From positions 1,505,887-1,569,886 of the forward strand of contig OZ246394.1 in assembly GCA_965230895.1 (NCBI GenBank): DNA of 64,000 nucleotides. The letters run 5' to 3'. This document shows, in pieces, positions 20,293 through 30,571 of this stretch (the first letter of the stretch is position 1; each line of letters begins with the position of its first letter). Source of the DNA: an uncultured Gammaproteobacteria bacterium (lineage in GTDB: Bacteria > Patescibacteriota > Microgenomatia > Levybacterales > UBA12049). Made by a program: the position numbers and the translations under genes. The notes under the pieces are model-generated. The model worked only from the letters and a program-made list of their open reading frames with translations. It did not search any database and was not told where the DNA came from.

Positions 20293-21456
20293 ATGCAGTC
20301 TGTCCAAGAAGCTGATTCCGACGAGGAGTCCGCTATACTCACAAGTGAACAAGCATTTTCTTTCGATACAGTAATCGTATTCGGTCAAGGACCAGTAAAG
20401 CCGGTCTTGCTTGAAAATGAACTAACCCCAAAGCAACTACAAAAGTGGAAAAATTACAAAGATAATCCAACCCATGCTCCTGAACCAGATTTCTGGCTTA
20501 TGCAGCAGCCTCGAAGTTTAGCTGAAATTGAGAAAATCTCTTCAGATAAAGCATTATCCTCTCAAGAGAAATATGAGCAAATTGAACTTATTCGTCAGCG
20601 ATGGCAGCGTACAGGTTGGTTTGCAATGAAACATTGGTGTAGACAAAATGCGCTAGCTGCAGGATTGGCACTTTATAAAGGTTTAGCAAAAAGAATTATT
20701 CTCTCTGGTGGAAAGACAATAAAAAGGGACTATAAATCAAAGCTGCCTGAGTCACGAATTAATAATTGGCCTTCAGAAGCGCAACTTATGGCAGAAGTTA
20801 TTCGCACGACATATGGGGATCTTTTCTTAAAAAAATATGGATACAGCATCGATGAAAGGATTTTGTTTGAAGATGCATCTACAAATACACTCGAGAACTT
20901 CGCTTGTACAGTCAACAAGTATCCAGAATTATTAAATGAAGAAGTTAAAGTAGGCTTTCTAGCTGTTGAACATCATTTAGATCGTGTTGCTATGTTCGGT
21001 AAACTATTTTCCATTCAAGGAGATAAATTGTGTGCCCAAAAGATGTTAAGGACAATGTCATTGGAGGAAGAAATTAGTGTTCAGGAAACAAAGACATACA
21101 TCCAAGAAACAGGAAAATTTGTCGAAGATTTTGATATTGTTAGCCAGGAAAAACGCTGGAGAAAAGGGATACAAGATCCTGAATATGTAAAATACTGGCT
21201 TGGATATGTAGCTTTAGTAAAGCACCCAAAGATTATGCATAATATTATGAAACAATTGCAAACGCCTGATTGGATGAGCTATGCAGACAAAGCTTTTACT
21301 GAGGTTGGATTAAAGCTTGAGGATTACAAAGAAAAAAATCTTGTTGAGCTTGCAAAGACAGACGAAGTGAAATTTAATTATCTTATGCAAAAGCTTCAAG
21401 AACTGAGGAAGCCTGAGTACAGAGTTCTTCCTCCGCAACTAAATCCAGAGCAATAA
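20293..21456 (+). CDS. DUF218-like domain protein (paralogue of 17178..18191)
   Basis: ILSGGKT...EAQLMAEVI...ILFEDASTNTLENF...GFLAVEHHLDRV matches the same DUF218 motif order. Preceded by a strong SD. Confidence 0.5.
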   Translation: MQSVQEADSDEESAILTSEQAFSFDTVIVFGQGPVKPVLLENELTPKQLQKWKNYKDNPTHAPEPDFWLMQQPRSLAEIEKISSDKALSSQEKYEQIELIRQRWQRTGWFAMKHWCRQNALAAGLALYKGLAKRIILSGGKTIKRDYKSKLPESRINNWPSEAQLMAEVIRTTYGDLFLKKYGYSIDERILFEDASTNTLENFACTVNKYPELLNEEVKVGFLAVEHHLDRVAMFGKLFSIQGDKLCAQKMLRTMSLEEEISVQETKTYIQETGKFVEDFDIVSQEKRWRKGIQDPEYVKYWLGYVALVKHPKIMHNIMKQLQTPDWMSYADKAFTEVGLKLEDYKEKNLVELAKTDEVKFNYLMQKLQELRKPEYRVLPPQLNPEQ

Positions 21457-21503
21457 AAAATTTCTCTGTTGACTGCATCGTTACGCTTATCTACACTTGA
21501 GGT

Positions 21504-22415
21504 ATGGAAGAAAAAACTACAGTTTCTGCTTCAGCTACTGATTCAATAGGTAAGTTACCTTCATTTGGACAACTTTATAAAGAATCATGGCAGCTTATGT
21601 TCAGCAAATTGGGCTCACTACTCAAGCTATTTTTGCTTTCTTTATTAGGGATATTCTTGGTACTAGTGGCATTGGGAGTAGTTTATTTTGTGGGAGGTTT
21701 GAACGGTTTTCTCCAAGGACAATTTACAGCAGTTTCAGTCATAGCTGCTGTTCTTTTTTTATGTATCTATTTAGTAGGGTTTATTTTAGTTACTTCTCTT
21801 GTACAGATCTCATATGTAAAAATTCTCACAAGCGATAGCAAATTGCCCATTTGGCAAACAGTAAAAGAGAGTATGCCTCTTTTTCAACCGTATTTTACAA
21901 CGCAACTTATAGCTGGATTAGTAATACTTGGAGCGTTTTTCTTGTTCGTTATACCTGGAATAATTGTTTCCATTTATTATTTCTTTACGCAATATATCGT
22001 AGTCAATGAAAATCTTCGAGGGAGAGCAGCTCTTCGTAGAAGTTATCAATTGGTAAAGCCGCATTTCTGGAAAATTTTATGTGCAATCATGCTAATAGCC
22101 ATTCCAAGTCAAGTCATTATTGAGATTCTTTCACGCTATACAAAAGACTATCCGCAGCTTTTTCTTTTATTTATACCATTTTCTCTTCTCCAAAGTCTTT
22201 TTATGCAATCACTTATGGTTATTCTTTACAAGAAAGCGAAATCCCTTGCACCTGCTGCTAAGCAAGTTAGTATGAGGTGGATCAAGATAATTTCGATTGT
22301 TGGATATATTTTGATGTTAGGAATATTTATTCTTGTGTTTCTTAATGGCTTTTATCAAGGATTTACGGGAACAGATACTGGTTCATTGACGTTACCAGAT
22401 ATTCAAGATAAGTAA
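21504..22415 (+). CDS. Polytopic membrane protein (tandem paralogue A)
   Basis: Six or more hydrophobic helices. Shares the central motif ALRRSYQLVKPHFWKIL with the downstream gene. Confidence 0.5.
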   Translation: MEEKTTVSASATDSIGKLPSFGQLYKESWQLMFSKLGSLLKLFLLSLLGIFLVLVALGVVYFVGGLNGFLQGQFTAVSVIAAVLFLCIYLVGFILVTSLVQISYVKILTSDSKLPIWQTVKESMPLFQPYFTTQLIAGLVILGAFFLFVIPGIIVSIYYFFTQYIVVNENLRGRAALRRSYQLVKPHFWKILCAIMLIAIPSQVIIEILSRYTKDYPQLFLLFIPFSLLQSLFMQSLMVILYKKAKSLAPAAKQVSMRWIKIISIVGYILMLGIFILVFLNGFYQGFTGTDTGSLTLPDIQDK

Positions 22416-22463
22416 TTTATTTTCATCATTGACACAGGCACGGATCTCGATTAAACTCTTCGT

Positions 22464-23519
22464 ATGACTGAGACGAAAAAGGCCTCCAAAACAACCAAAA
22501 GAAAAACTTCTGTCTCTGCCTCCAAAACAACTCCGAAAAAAACAGTAAATAAATCTGTAAAACAAAGTACAAAAAGCTCTTCAAGAAAGACATCGAAAGT
22601 TGTTTCAAAAGATACGTTAACCGTTGTCTCATCTGATACAAAAATATTAACTCCCTTTAAAGATCATTTGCAAAATTCATGGACGCTTTTTAAAGCAACA
22701 TTTACATCGTATTTGAAACTAATTGGTGTTGGAATTCTCTTCCTTATTGTTCTTGCAATTGCGGGAGTTCTATTAGGCCTACCATTAATCTTTACTGGAT
22801 CGACTGATATTTTCCGATCTCCAACACCCGTTCAAATTATTTCAGGAGGAGTTTTTGCATTGTATGGATTAGCTGCTATTGTTGCTTCGTATATCTTCTT
22901 TTTATTAATGCCGATTGCCAGCATATATATTCTTGATAGCGAAAAAAAGCTTGATTTAAAAACGTTATTTGATAGAAGCGTTCCTTTACTCCTTCCTTAT
23001 TTTGTAGCAAGTTTGCTTGTTGGTATCATTGTCACTGGAGGTTGGGTGGCACTTGTTTTACCTGGAATTCTTTTTGGATTGCTTTTTAGCTTTGTTTCTT
23101 ATGTAATTGTCCTTGAAGGGAAAAAGGGAAGAAGCGCTTTAAAAAGAAGTTATGCTCTTGTTAAAGGTCATTTCTGGGAAGTAATCCTCCGCTTGCTTGC
23201 ATTGCAAATAACTATCTTCTTTGTGTCCTACATCTTTGATGATCTTTCAGAAGAATCTGATATTTTCTCATTATTGTCATTCATTTTTTCAATAATAGCT
23301 GGTTGGTTCTCTCAGGCGTACGTATATCTTCTTTATAGAGATTTGAAGGCGACAACTGCATCAAGTTCAGAGGTCTCTTTAAAATGGATATGGATAGTCT
23401 CTATTGTTGGATGGGTGATACTTCTTCTCGTAGCGATTGCTGCTATCGCTGGAGTTATGCATCTTCCTTCGTGGCAGGATAGTCTCGAAATGATGGTTCC
23501 TCCGCCAGACAGTGCTTAA
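22464..23519 (+). CDS. Polytopic membrane protein (tandem paralogue B) with a Lys/Ser/Thr-rich N-terminal tail
   Basis: Same helix layout and the ALKRSYALVKGHFWEVIL motif. The N-terminal 55 aa are highly basic (KKTSKTTKRKTS...). Confidence 0.5.
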   Translation: MTETKKASKTTKRKTSVSASKTTPKKTVNKSVKQSTKSSSRKTSKVVSKDTLTVVSSDTKILTPFKDHLQNSWTLFKATFTSYLKLIGVGILFLIVLAIAGVLLGLPLIFTGSTDIFRSPTPVQIISGGVFALYGLAAIVASYIFFLLMPIASIYILDSEKKLDLKTLFDRSVPLLLPYFVASLLVGIIVTGGWVALVLPGILFGLLFSFVSYVIVLEGKKGRSALKRSYALVKGHFWEVILRLLALQITIFFVSYIFDDLSEESDIFSLLSFIFSIIAGWFSQAYVYLLYRDLKATTASSSEVSLKWIWIVSIVGWVILLLVAIAAIAGVMHLPSWQDSLEMMVPPPDSA

Positions 23520-23557
23520 ACATTGACTCCTCAGCTTTGCTTCATTACGATTAAATC

Positions 23558-25465
23558 ATGGTAAAGAAAAATCATCTGATATTTTTCATTCCAATAGTTT
23601 TAGTTTTATTATTGCTTACTATGGTGGTTACCAAAGTCTATGCAGCGAATACACAACTTTCAATTACAGTGCTTCTTCATGGAATAGGCAAAGGAGGGGA
23701 TAGTTCAAATCCAAATAGTGGAGGGAATACCACACCGAAGAATGCCACCAGAAATATCTCTGTTGGTGTATTTAACGCACAGAATGTTTTAGTATCAAGT
23801 CGGCTTGTCGTAGCAAATTATGATGCAGCAAGCGGAAGTTACAAAGCAACTGTTGATTTTGGGAATCTTTCGACGGGGCCATACAATGTTGCTATCCGTG
23901 CTGATAAATATCTTCAGAAAAATGCAACAGGCATTCAAAATATTACTGCGGGCCAAATAAATACAATTCCTCCCGTAAACCTCATTGCAGGAGATATTAT
24001 TATTGATAATGCTATCAATATCCAGGATTTCAACATGCTGATGAACTGCTACTCGGATTTGCGTCCAGCAAAGGCTTGTACGGCCGCTCAAAGCGCTCTA
24101 GCCGATCTTACAGATGATGGGAAGGTCAATCAACTTGATTACAATTTATTCATTCGTGAGATAGGGAATAGGAGCGGCGAATCGAATCCTACTACAAACC
24201 CTTCTCCTTCTGCTCCTCCGACTGCTTCAAGTGGAGATTTTCCACGGCTCGGAGGCATGCTTATTGGTTCACCACAAAATTATGATGAAGCAGCGTATCA
24301 GCAACAAATAGCAAAGCTTGATATGGCTGTTCTTGGCATGTATCCTGGATGGAATCGTGGAGGTAAAACAATGGCGAAAGCTGTTTCTGAAATTAAAGCA
24401 AAGAACGCCAGTATAAAACTTGCCAATTATACAATCATGACTGAAGTAAATAATACTTCTGATCCGGCAACAGCTGCTTGGCGTACTAAACTTTCTGCGG
24501 AGAAAGGGCCAAATGGGAAAGGGGATTGGTGGGCATACAATAGCTCAGGACAGCATACGGATTGGTCGGGAGGGAGTTACAGTGCATGGGATACAAATGT
24601 CACACTCCAGACAACGGTCGATACTAATGGAGACAAATGGCCGCAATGGAAAGCAAAACATGATTATCAAACGTTATATCAAGGCAATGGGTTTGATTTC
24701 TGGTACAGTGATAATAATTTCTGGAAGCCCCGAACAAATGCAGATTGGAATCGTGATGGCACAAATGACTCTGCAGACTCTGTGGCTGTTCGTAATTGGT
24801 GGAGGGACGGGCAAAAGGCCTATTATACTACTGCAAAATCGATTGCACCAAATACACCAGTGATGGTAAATACAGACAATGATCTTGATGGGACAGTTTT
24901 CCCATCAGATGCTGATGATTTTACGCAATACAAAAATCTTGTCGGTGCAGCTTTCATGGAGCATGCTATGGGTGTGGACTGGTCAACCGAAACATGGGGC
25001 GGTTGGGCAACGACCATGAATTGGTATAGAAAACTCAAATCAAATCTTACCGCACCACAATATGTGATGTTTGATGTATATGTGCCAAATACTTCTGATT
25101 ACCAATATTTGCGTTATGCTTTTGCAACATGTCTTATGGATGACGGCTATTTCTCCGCTTCAACAGATTACAATAAAATTGTCTGGTTTGATGAATTTGA
25201 CTTGGCAGGGACAAAGTCTACAAAATGGCTTGGAAAGGCTGTAGATGGTCCAAGAACCTCAGCATGGCAAAATGGTGTATACCGACGTAATTTCCAAAAT
25301 GGAATTGTTCTGGTAAATCCAAAAGGCAATGGAACCAAGACAGTAACTATTGAATCAGGTTATCGACGATTTCAGGGAAAACAAGCTCCAAGTGTCAACA
25401 ATGGGCAACCTGTAACAACAGTAACATTAAACGATAGGGACGGACTATTCTTAGTTAAGAATTAG
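23558..25465 (+). CDS. Secreted protein with a signal peptide, dockerin/EF-hand-like Ca-binding motif, Pro/Ser linker and a large C-terminal putative glycoside-hydrolase-like domain
   Basis: N-terminal signal (IFFIPIVLVLLLLTMVVTKVYA). DLTDDGKVNQLDYNLF resembles a dockerin-type calcium-binding repeat. NPTTNPSPSAPPTASS linker. Trp/Asp-rich C-terminal domain about 400 aa. Confidence 0.45.
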   Translation: MVKKNHLIFFIPIVLVLLLLTMVVTKVYAANTQLSITVLLHGIGKGGDSSNPNSGGNTTPKNATRNISVGVFNAQNVLVSSRLVVANYDAASGSYKATVDFGNLSTGPYNVAIRADKYLQKNATGIQNITAGQINTIPPVNLIAGDIIIDNAINIQDFNMLMNCYSDLRPAKACTAAQSALADLTDDGKVNQLDYNLFIREIGNRSGESNPTTNPSPSAPPTASSGDFPRLGGMLIGSPQNYDEAAYQQQIAKLDMAVLGMYPGWNRGGKTMAKAVSEIKAKNASIKLANYTIMTEVNNTSDPATAAWRTKLSAEKGPNGKGDWWAYNSSGQHTDWSGGSYSAWDTNVTLQTTVDTNGDKWPQWKAKHDYQTLYQGNGFDFWYSDNNFWKPRTNADWNRDGTNDSADSVAVRNWWRDGQKAYYTTAKSIAPNTPVMVNTDNDLDGTVFPSDADDFTQYKNLVGAAFMEHAMGVDWSTETWGGWATTMNWYRKLKSNLTAPQYVMFDVYVPNTSDYQYLRYAFATCLMDDGYFSASTDYNKIVWFDEFDLAGTKSTKWLGKAVDGPRTSAWQNGVYRRNFQNGIVLVNPKGNGTKTVTIESGYRRFQGKQAPSVNNGQPVTTVTLNDRDGLFLVKN

Positions 25466-25473
25466 GAGATTTA

Positions 25474-25683
25474 TTATTCGCCTTTTTGCTGAATTCCGAG
25501 GAGCCACAATACAGCTTCTTTCTTATATCGACGATCACCACGTGAGTTGATTCTGATTGCAGGTAATTTACCTCGCTTGCCCCAACGCTTAATTGTCAAT
25601 GGAGATACTCGTAGAACTTCAGCAACTTCACGGACAGTGAGTAAATCTGGTAGTGATTCAATAGTGAGTTTCTGATTGGTCAT
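25474..25683 (-). CDS. Excisionase-family (MerR-like) helix-turn-helix DNA-binding protein
   Basis: LLTVREVAEVLRVSPLTIKRWGKRGKLPAIRINSRGDRRYKKEAV is the classic excisionase/HTH_17 fold pattern. 69 aa. Confidence 0.65.
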   Translation of the reverse strand: MTNQKLTIESLPDLLTVREVAEVLRVSPLTIKRWGKRGKLPAIRINSRGDRRYKKEAVLWLLGIQQKGE

Positions 25684-25803
25684 GGATACAGTATGACTAT
25701 ATTGATTAGGATCAATTTAGTCGCTATCTATATATACTGTAACAATCTGTAACATGGTTGTCAATGGGGGAAAAACTGAACTAATTGGATGTATCTACAT
25801 AAT
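25684..25803. promoter_or_regulatory. Putative promoter/operator region of the HTH gene
   Basis: Tandem direct repeat ctgtaaca-at-ctgtaaca and the inverted repeat gtcat...atgac spanning the start codon. AT-rich. Confidence 0.2.
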
Positions 25804-27537
25804 TTAATTCGGCTTAATTTTGTATTCCACTACTGGTACCGCAGTACATTGTCCGCCCATGTCATTAATTGCTGGTATACATTTGCCTGATTTACATGTC
25901 TGTGGACGTGTTGTCTCGCATGGAGCCCCTTCCTCACCAGAAATTGGTGCTGGGTTATTTCCGCATACGCCTGATGATCTCTCCGCTGGTGAGCAATCAT
26001 TTGGATTTATTGGATTTGCCGGAGGTGCTTGGTAACGTGGTGGAACGATAACTGGGTTTGTCGGATTTGTTGGACGAAGACTACCAGGTGCACCTTTTTT
26101 GACACATTTACCATTTACTAAATCGCTATCTTGGGCGCAGCAAACTTTCGCTGTACTTTTAACCGGACAATTAGCTCTTGTAACTGGAACCTGGGTATAG
26201 TTATATCCACATGCAGGGGTGGTTGTGCAGCAGCCGTTTATGACCGGTTTGCCCACATCGCAGCAGACAGTTGGCGTGTTAACAGCTGCGCGCTTTGATG
26301 CGCAAGCAGGTTTGAGCACTGTTACAGGTTTTTGTGGACCTGGTTTCAATGTTGTTCCAGGTTTTACTATTGTTTTAGGTTTGATTGCTCCCGGCTTAAT
26401 GACCGATGGAACCTGGATTCTCGGCAAGACAGGAGCGGGTGGCGGAGGTGCTGGACTGCATGTTTCTCCTGTAATCCCGCCACCGCTTGAAATTGTTCCA
26501 GGTGGGCAAATGCTCGTAACTGTAGTATCATTTGTCTCTTGAGTTATGGCTATACCTGCAACGGCTTGGGGACTATTATCTATCTTTGTCCCTGCGTCCG
26601 CCAGATATACTGATTTTTCTGGGAATACTTGTTTGCCACTTGAATCAACCCATATCTTTATGACAGGGCAGATTTTTGATCCGATGGATCGCTTACAAAA
26701 GTCTTTGCAGGCATCACTATCAGGGTGGACTTTGCAAAGCTCTTCAAGGACATCTTGCTCTTTTTGATCAAGGACTATATTTTCATCGCACTGCTGATTT
26801 TCTCGCGGTTCTCCAAGTACCGGCCCAGAACATAGTCCGCCTTTGAAAAGCTCGCAATACTGACGACTGGTGCAGAGCGGATTCTTCGAGTCTTTACTAC
26901 AGATTGATTGGATATTACTTTTGTCTTTAGCGGTCAGTGGTTTCACCCGAAGTGCTGTGCAAGTAGAATTTATTCGGACATTTGTTGCTTCAGTAATCGG
27001 GAGGTGTTGACCATCAGTATCTGTGATACCTGCCCCCACCACCCATCCTTCGCTGGGGCTATCAGAAGTAAAGAGATATCTTGACTCTTTACTCGTCAGT
27101 GTTTCTCCGGGAGCAAGCATCTTCGTACCTTCTAAAGGCTCAAATTCTGCGATATAGAATTGCTTCAGTGATCCTGCAGCGATACCATAATTTGCTATGG
27201 TAATTGGTTGATCTCCAACATTTTTATAAGTAAATGAGCCTGAAAGCGTATCATTGTAGTACACATTTTGGCCGACAAACTTTTGTCCATTTACTTTTAA
27301 GAGGGTTCCGCCTTCTTGTCCCATACGAGTGCCACAAAGCGTAGGGTCTGCTTCTCCAGTATGAAGACAACCAAAGAGTGGAGGAGCATTAAAACCCTCG
27401 GCAAATTGCATGATGCGTTGTGGCTGAAGAAGTGCAAAGACAGTCAATGCTAGAATTGGCAGCATAATAAACATGAAGAATAGATTCTTTTTGTTATTTT
27501 GCTTTGTTTGAAGTCGTCTTTTTCTTAGTTTTGGCAT
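25804..27537 (-). CDS. Secreted Cys-rich / Pro-rich exoprotein (cassette copy 1)
   Basis: Basic N-terminus plus TM/signal (LFFMFIMLPILALTVFALLQPQ). The conserved ~300-aa N-domain is shared at about 85% identity with 28113..29957. C-terminal half rich in Cys, Pro and Thr. Confidence 0.6.
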   Translation of the reverse strand: MPKLRKRRLQTKQNNKKNLFFMFIMLPILALTVFALLQPQRIMQFAEGFNAPPLFGCLHTGEADPTLCGTRMGQEGGTLLKVNGQKFVGQNVYYNDTLSGSFTYKNVGDQPITIANYGIAAGSLKQFYIAEFEPLEGTKMLAPGETLTSKESRYLFTSDSPSEGWVVGAGITDTDGQHLPITEATNVRINSTCTALRVKPLTAKDKSNIQSICSKDSKNPLCTSRQYCELFKGGLCSGPVLGEPRENQQCDENIVLDQKEQDVLEELCKVHPDSDACKDFCKRSIGSKICPVIKIWVDSSGKQVFPEKSVYLADAGTKIDNSPQAVAGIAITQETNDTTVTSICPPGTISSGGGITGETCSPAPPPPAPVLPRIQVPSVIKPGAIKPKTIVKPGTTLKPGPQKPVTVLKPACASKRAAVNTPTVCCDVGKPVINGCCTTTPACGYNYTQVPVTRANCPVKSTAKVCCAQDSDLVNGKCVKKGAPGSLRPTNPTNPVIVPPRYQAPPANPINPNDCSPAERSSGVCGNNPAPISGEEGAPCETTRPQTCKSGKCIPAINDMGGQCTAVPVVEYKIKPN

Positions 27538-27540
27538 ATA

Positions 27541-28092
27541 TTAATACGTTCTTGGTGTCAAAAAATTGTTTATGGTGTGAATAACACCATTCTTGCTTTT
27601 AATATCATAATTCTCAAGGTACGAGTAATCATTAAGTATCCAATATTCTCCTTTTTTTGTAAATTTTATTTTTTCTCCTTGGACAGTTGTCAGTTCCATC
27701 CCATCTTTTAGATCTGCAAATAGATATTGTCCTTTGACGACATGATATAGCAATGTTTGCCTGAGATCGCCTTCTTGTTCTGGTAATTGTATTGATGCTA
27801 AAAATCCAGGAGAAAGTTTTGCATATGCTTCATCGGTTGGGACAAATACTGTATACGGTCCTTTATCATGGAGAAAAGTGTCATAGCCGACTGATGTTAT
27901 GAGCATTCCAAATTTGCTGGTTGTAGATGAATACTGGATATTGTCTGCTATATCCATTGAAGGTTTCATCTGGATCTCCTCATACTCAATAAAGTTTGGA
28001 TCGGAGGATATCCAGATAAACAGGCTTGGAATAAGTATCAACAAAATGATACCGAGAATATAGAGATATTTTTTACGCAGTTTGAGTGTCAT
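27541..28092 (-). CDS. Fasciclin (FAS1) domain protein, N-terminally anchored
   Basis: YTVFVPTDEAYAKL...LLYHVVKGQYLFADLKDGMELTTVQGEKIKF...NGVIHTINNFLTP matches the FAS1 consensus. Stop is 3 nt upstream of the Cys-rich gene start. Confidence 0.7.
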   Translation of the reverse strand: MTLKLRKKYLYILGIILLILIPSLFIWISSDPNFIEYEEIQMKPSMDIADNIQYSSTTSKFGMLITSVGYDTFLHDKGPYTVFVPTDEAYAKLSPGFLASIQLPEQEGDLRQTLLYHVVKGQYLFADLKDGMELTTVQGEKIKFTKKGEYWILNDYSYLENYDIKSKNGVIHTINNFLTPRTY

Positions 28093-28112
28093 AGCTTAAT
28101 ACATAAAACATA

Positions 28113-29957
28113 CTATCTACAAGCCATCTCTTTCTCGTCATATGTCGTCTGACAGCCTTTATCACGAATACATTGTTGGAATAAGTCTCCGCTTCTGCCA
28201 ACTCGACAGAAGTTATAGCAAGCTTGACTCTCTATAACGACAGGCTCCATACATGCGCCATAAGTTGCCTTATAACCCTTTTGCTTCGCTAAGCAATCAA
28301 AATCACTCTTCTTGGTTAAATCCCCAATGCTACATGTTGGATCTGCTGGAGCAGGGTTTGCCGGTGCTGGGTTTGCCGGAGCAGGATTATTGCCACATAC
28401 ACCTGCTGATCTTTCTGCTGGCGTACAGTCATTTGGATTTGGTGGTGTATCAGCTGGCGCTTTATAGTTTGGCGGATAAATCTTATTTGTGTCTCGAGGA
28501 ATCTGAGATTCTCCAGGCAATGGTTGTTTGCCTGCTGGAACCTGACTCGGTTGGCAATAACCGAACTTCTCTACAGTATCTTTTGCACAACAAACACCTG
28601 ATTTACTCTTGTATTGGCAGTTTGCTCTTGTTGCAGGCGCTGATTTATAGACAAAGCATCCTGGTTGGCAGCAACCATTAATAAGAGGGAAGTCACTTGC
28701 ACAGCATTGGCCACTTTCATTTGCTCTGTGAGATGGGCATGATGGCTTGTAACCGATTGAGCTTCTCGGATCAACTCCTGGCGCTGCTGGCTTTGGTGGG
28801 AATGGGTTTGTCTTTGGTTTTGCAGGTGATGGTGCTTTGCATAATCCACTCGGAGGATTGACGGAAAGATCGACATATCCACTACAACATCCCGCAGTAT
28901 TATCTCCACTTTGCCCATTTGGAATACATGCTTCGGCCTTCACGCCGGCATCGTTATCTGGTGCTCCGTTGGCGGCGGCAATAACCTTTGCGCCAGCAAC
29001 TGCGGGTTCATTGGTACTTGCCATATACTTTGCAGGCTGTGGGAAGACTTGTTTGCCATTTGGATCAAACCACAACATCTCAGCTGGACAGATTTTAGAA
29101 CCAATGGCACGTTTACAGAAATCTTTGCATGCATCACTGTCTGGGTATGGTTTACAAAGTTGCTCTAAAATATCCTGTTCTTTCTGATCCAAAACTATAT
29201 ATTCATCACATTGTTGATTTTCTCGTGCCTCACCAAGAACTGGACCTGAACATTGTCCGCCTTTAAATATTTCGCAGTACTGACGACTTGTACAAAGAAT
29301 GTTTTTCGGATCCTTACTGCAAAGTGCTTGGATGTTGCTCTTGTCTTTTACAGTAAGTGTCTTTACGCGAAGCGCTGTACAAGCAGAACTAACACGGACG
29401 TTTGTAGATTGCGTGATTGGAAGTGGTTGGCCATCAGTATTTGTAATGCCCGGACCGACAACCCATCCATCACTTGGATCACCAGATTTAAATGTATATG
29501 ATGATTCTTTACTTGTAAGTATCTCTCCAGGAGCGAGTGTCTTAGCTCCTTCTAAAGGCTGAAACTCTGCAATATAAAATTGCTTCAGCGATCCTGCGGC
29601 TATGCCATAATTTGCGATATTGATCGGTAGGTCACCAACGTTTTTATAGGTAAATGATCCGGAGAGCGTATCATTATAATAAATATTTTGTCCGACAAAT
29701 TTTTGTCCATTCACTTTTAATAAGCTTGCGCCTTCTTGTCCTAATCGTGTACCACACAGTGATGGGTCAGCTTCTCCTGTATGGAGACATCCAAAGAGTG
29801 GGGGAGCATTAAATCCTTCTGCAAATTGCATAACGCGCTGTGGTTGGAGTAGCGTAAAGATTGTTAGTGCCAAGATTGGTAACATAACAAAAAAGAAAAG
29901 CAAATTTCTTTTTTTATTCTTTGTTTGTCTTATGCTTCTTTTTCTTGTTTTTGCCAT
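28113..29957 (-). CDS. Secreted Cys-rich / Pro-rich exoprotein (cassette copy 2)
   Basis: Paralogue of 25804..27537. N-domain nearly collinear. C-terminus with PANPAPANPAPADP repeats and Cys clusters. Confidence 0.6.
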   Translation of the reverse strand: MAKTRKRSIRQTKNKKRNLLFFFVMLPILALTIFTLLQPQRVMQFAEGFNAPPLFGCLHTGEADPSLCGTRLGQEGASLLKVNGQKFVGQNIYYNDTLSGSFTYKNVGDLPINIANYGIAAGSLKQFYIAEFQPLEGAKTLAPGEILTSKESSYTFKSGDPSDGWVVGPGITNTDGQPLPITQSTNVRVSSACTALRVKTLTVKDKSNIQALCSKDPKNILCTSRQYCEIFKGGQCSGPVLGEARENQQCDEYIVLDQKEQDILEQLCKPYPDSDACKDFCKRAIGSKICPAEMLWFDPNGKQVFPQPAKYMASTNEPAVAGAKVIAAANGAPDNDAGVKAEACIPNGQSGDNTAGCCSGYVDLSVNPPSGLCKAPSPAKPKTNPFPPKPAAPGVDPRSSIGYKPSCPSHRANESGQCCASDFPLINGCCQPGCFVYKSAPATRANCQYKSKSGVCCAKDTVEKFGYCQPSQVPAGKQPLPGESQIPRDTNKIYPPNYKAPADTPPNPNDCTPAERSAGVCGNNPAPANPAPANPAPADPTCSIGDLTKKSDFDCLAKQKGYKATYGACMEPVVIESQACYNFCRVGRSGDLFQQCIRDKGCQTTYDEKEMACR

Positions 29958-29959
29958 AG

Positions 29960-30517
29960 CTATTGCAACATAGATGTTGGTATTAATGCATTTGTCATAA
30001 TATGGATCACGCCATTTTTCGTATCTATGTCGTATGTCTCAAAATATGAATAACCATTGATATTCCAATAGCCATTTGTTTTCTTAAAAACCAATTTATC
30101 ACCTTGGATAGTTGTCAGCTCCATGCCTTCTTTCAGGTCTGCAACATGATACTCTCCTTTAACAACATGAAAAAGTAAAAACTCTCGTAGAAGACCTTCT
30201 TGTCCAGGATCATGCAGTCTTCCAGTTAAATCTGTTGAGAGTTTACCGAATGCCTGATCTGATGGAACAAAGAGTGTGTATGGTCCATTCTGATGTAAAA
30301 ATGTATCAAAGTCTGCAAGTTGTACAAGTGTATTGAATTGGCGAGTCTTTTCGGAATAAGTTAAATTGTCTGCAATGTCTGATGATGGTCTCATTTGAAT
30401 ACCGTCATATTCAATGATTGGAGTATTTGTATAAATCCAGATAAGTGCAATTGGAATAATGATAGCTAATAGAATAGCTACAATATAAACCGGTTTCTTC
30501 TTTACCTTTACTGTCAT
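29960..30517 (-). CDS. Fasciclin (FAS1) domain protein
   Basis: YTLFVPSDQAFGKL...LLFHVVKGEYHVADLKEGMELTTIQGDKLVF...NGVIHIMTNALIP. Ends 2 nt before the next gene. Confidence 0.7.
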   Translation of the reverse strand: MTVKVKKKPVYIVAILLAIIIPIALIWIYTNTPIIEYDGIQMRPSSDIADNLTYSEKTRQFNTLVQLADFDTFLHQNGPYTLFVPSDQAFGKLSTDLTGRLHDPGQEGLLREFLLFHVVKGEYHVADLKEGMELTTIQGDKLVFKKTNGYWNINGYSYFETYDIDTKNGVIHIMTNALIPTSMLQ

Positions 30518-30571
30518 AACTTTATCTTATCTTAAGAAAAATAGAGAAGTCAACGCACGGTATATTCTCTA

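Noticed and set aside
25474-25683. Prophage or integrative element implied by the excisionase-family HTH
   Set aside because: No integrase, phage structural genes or att repeats occur in the flanks. It is kept only as a regulator candidate.
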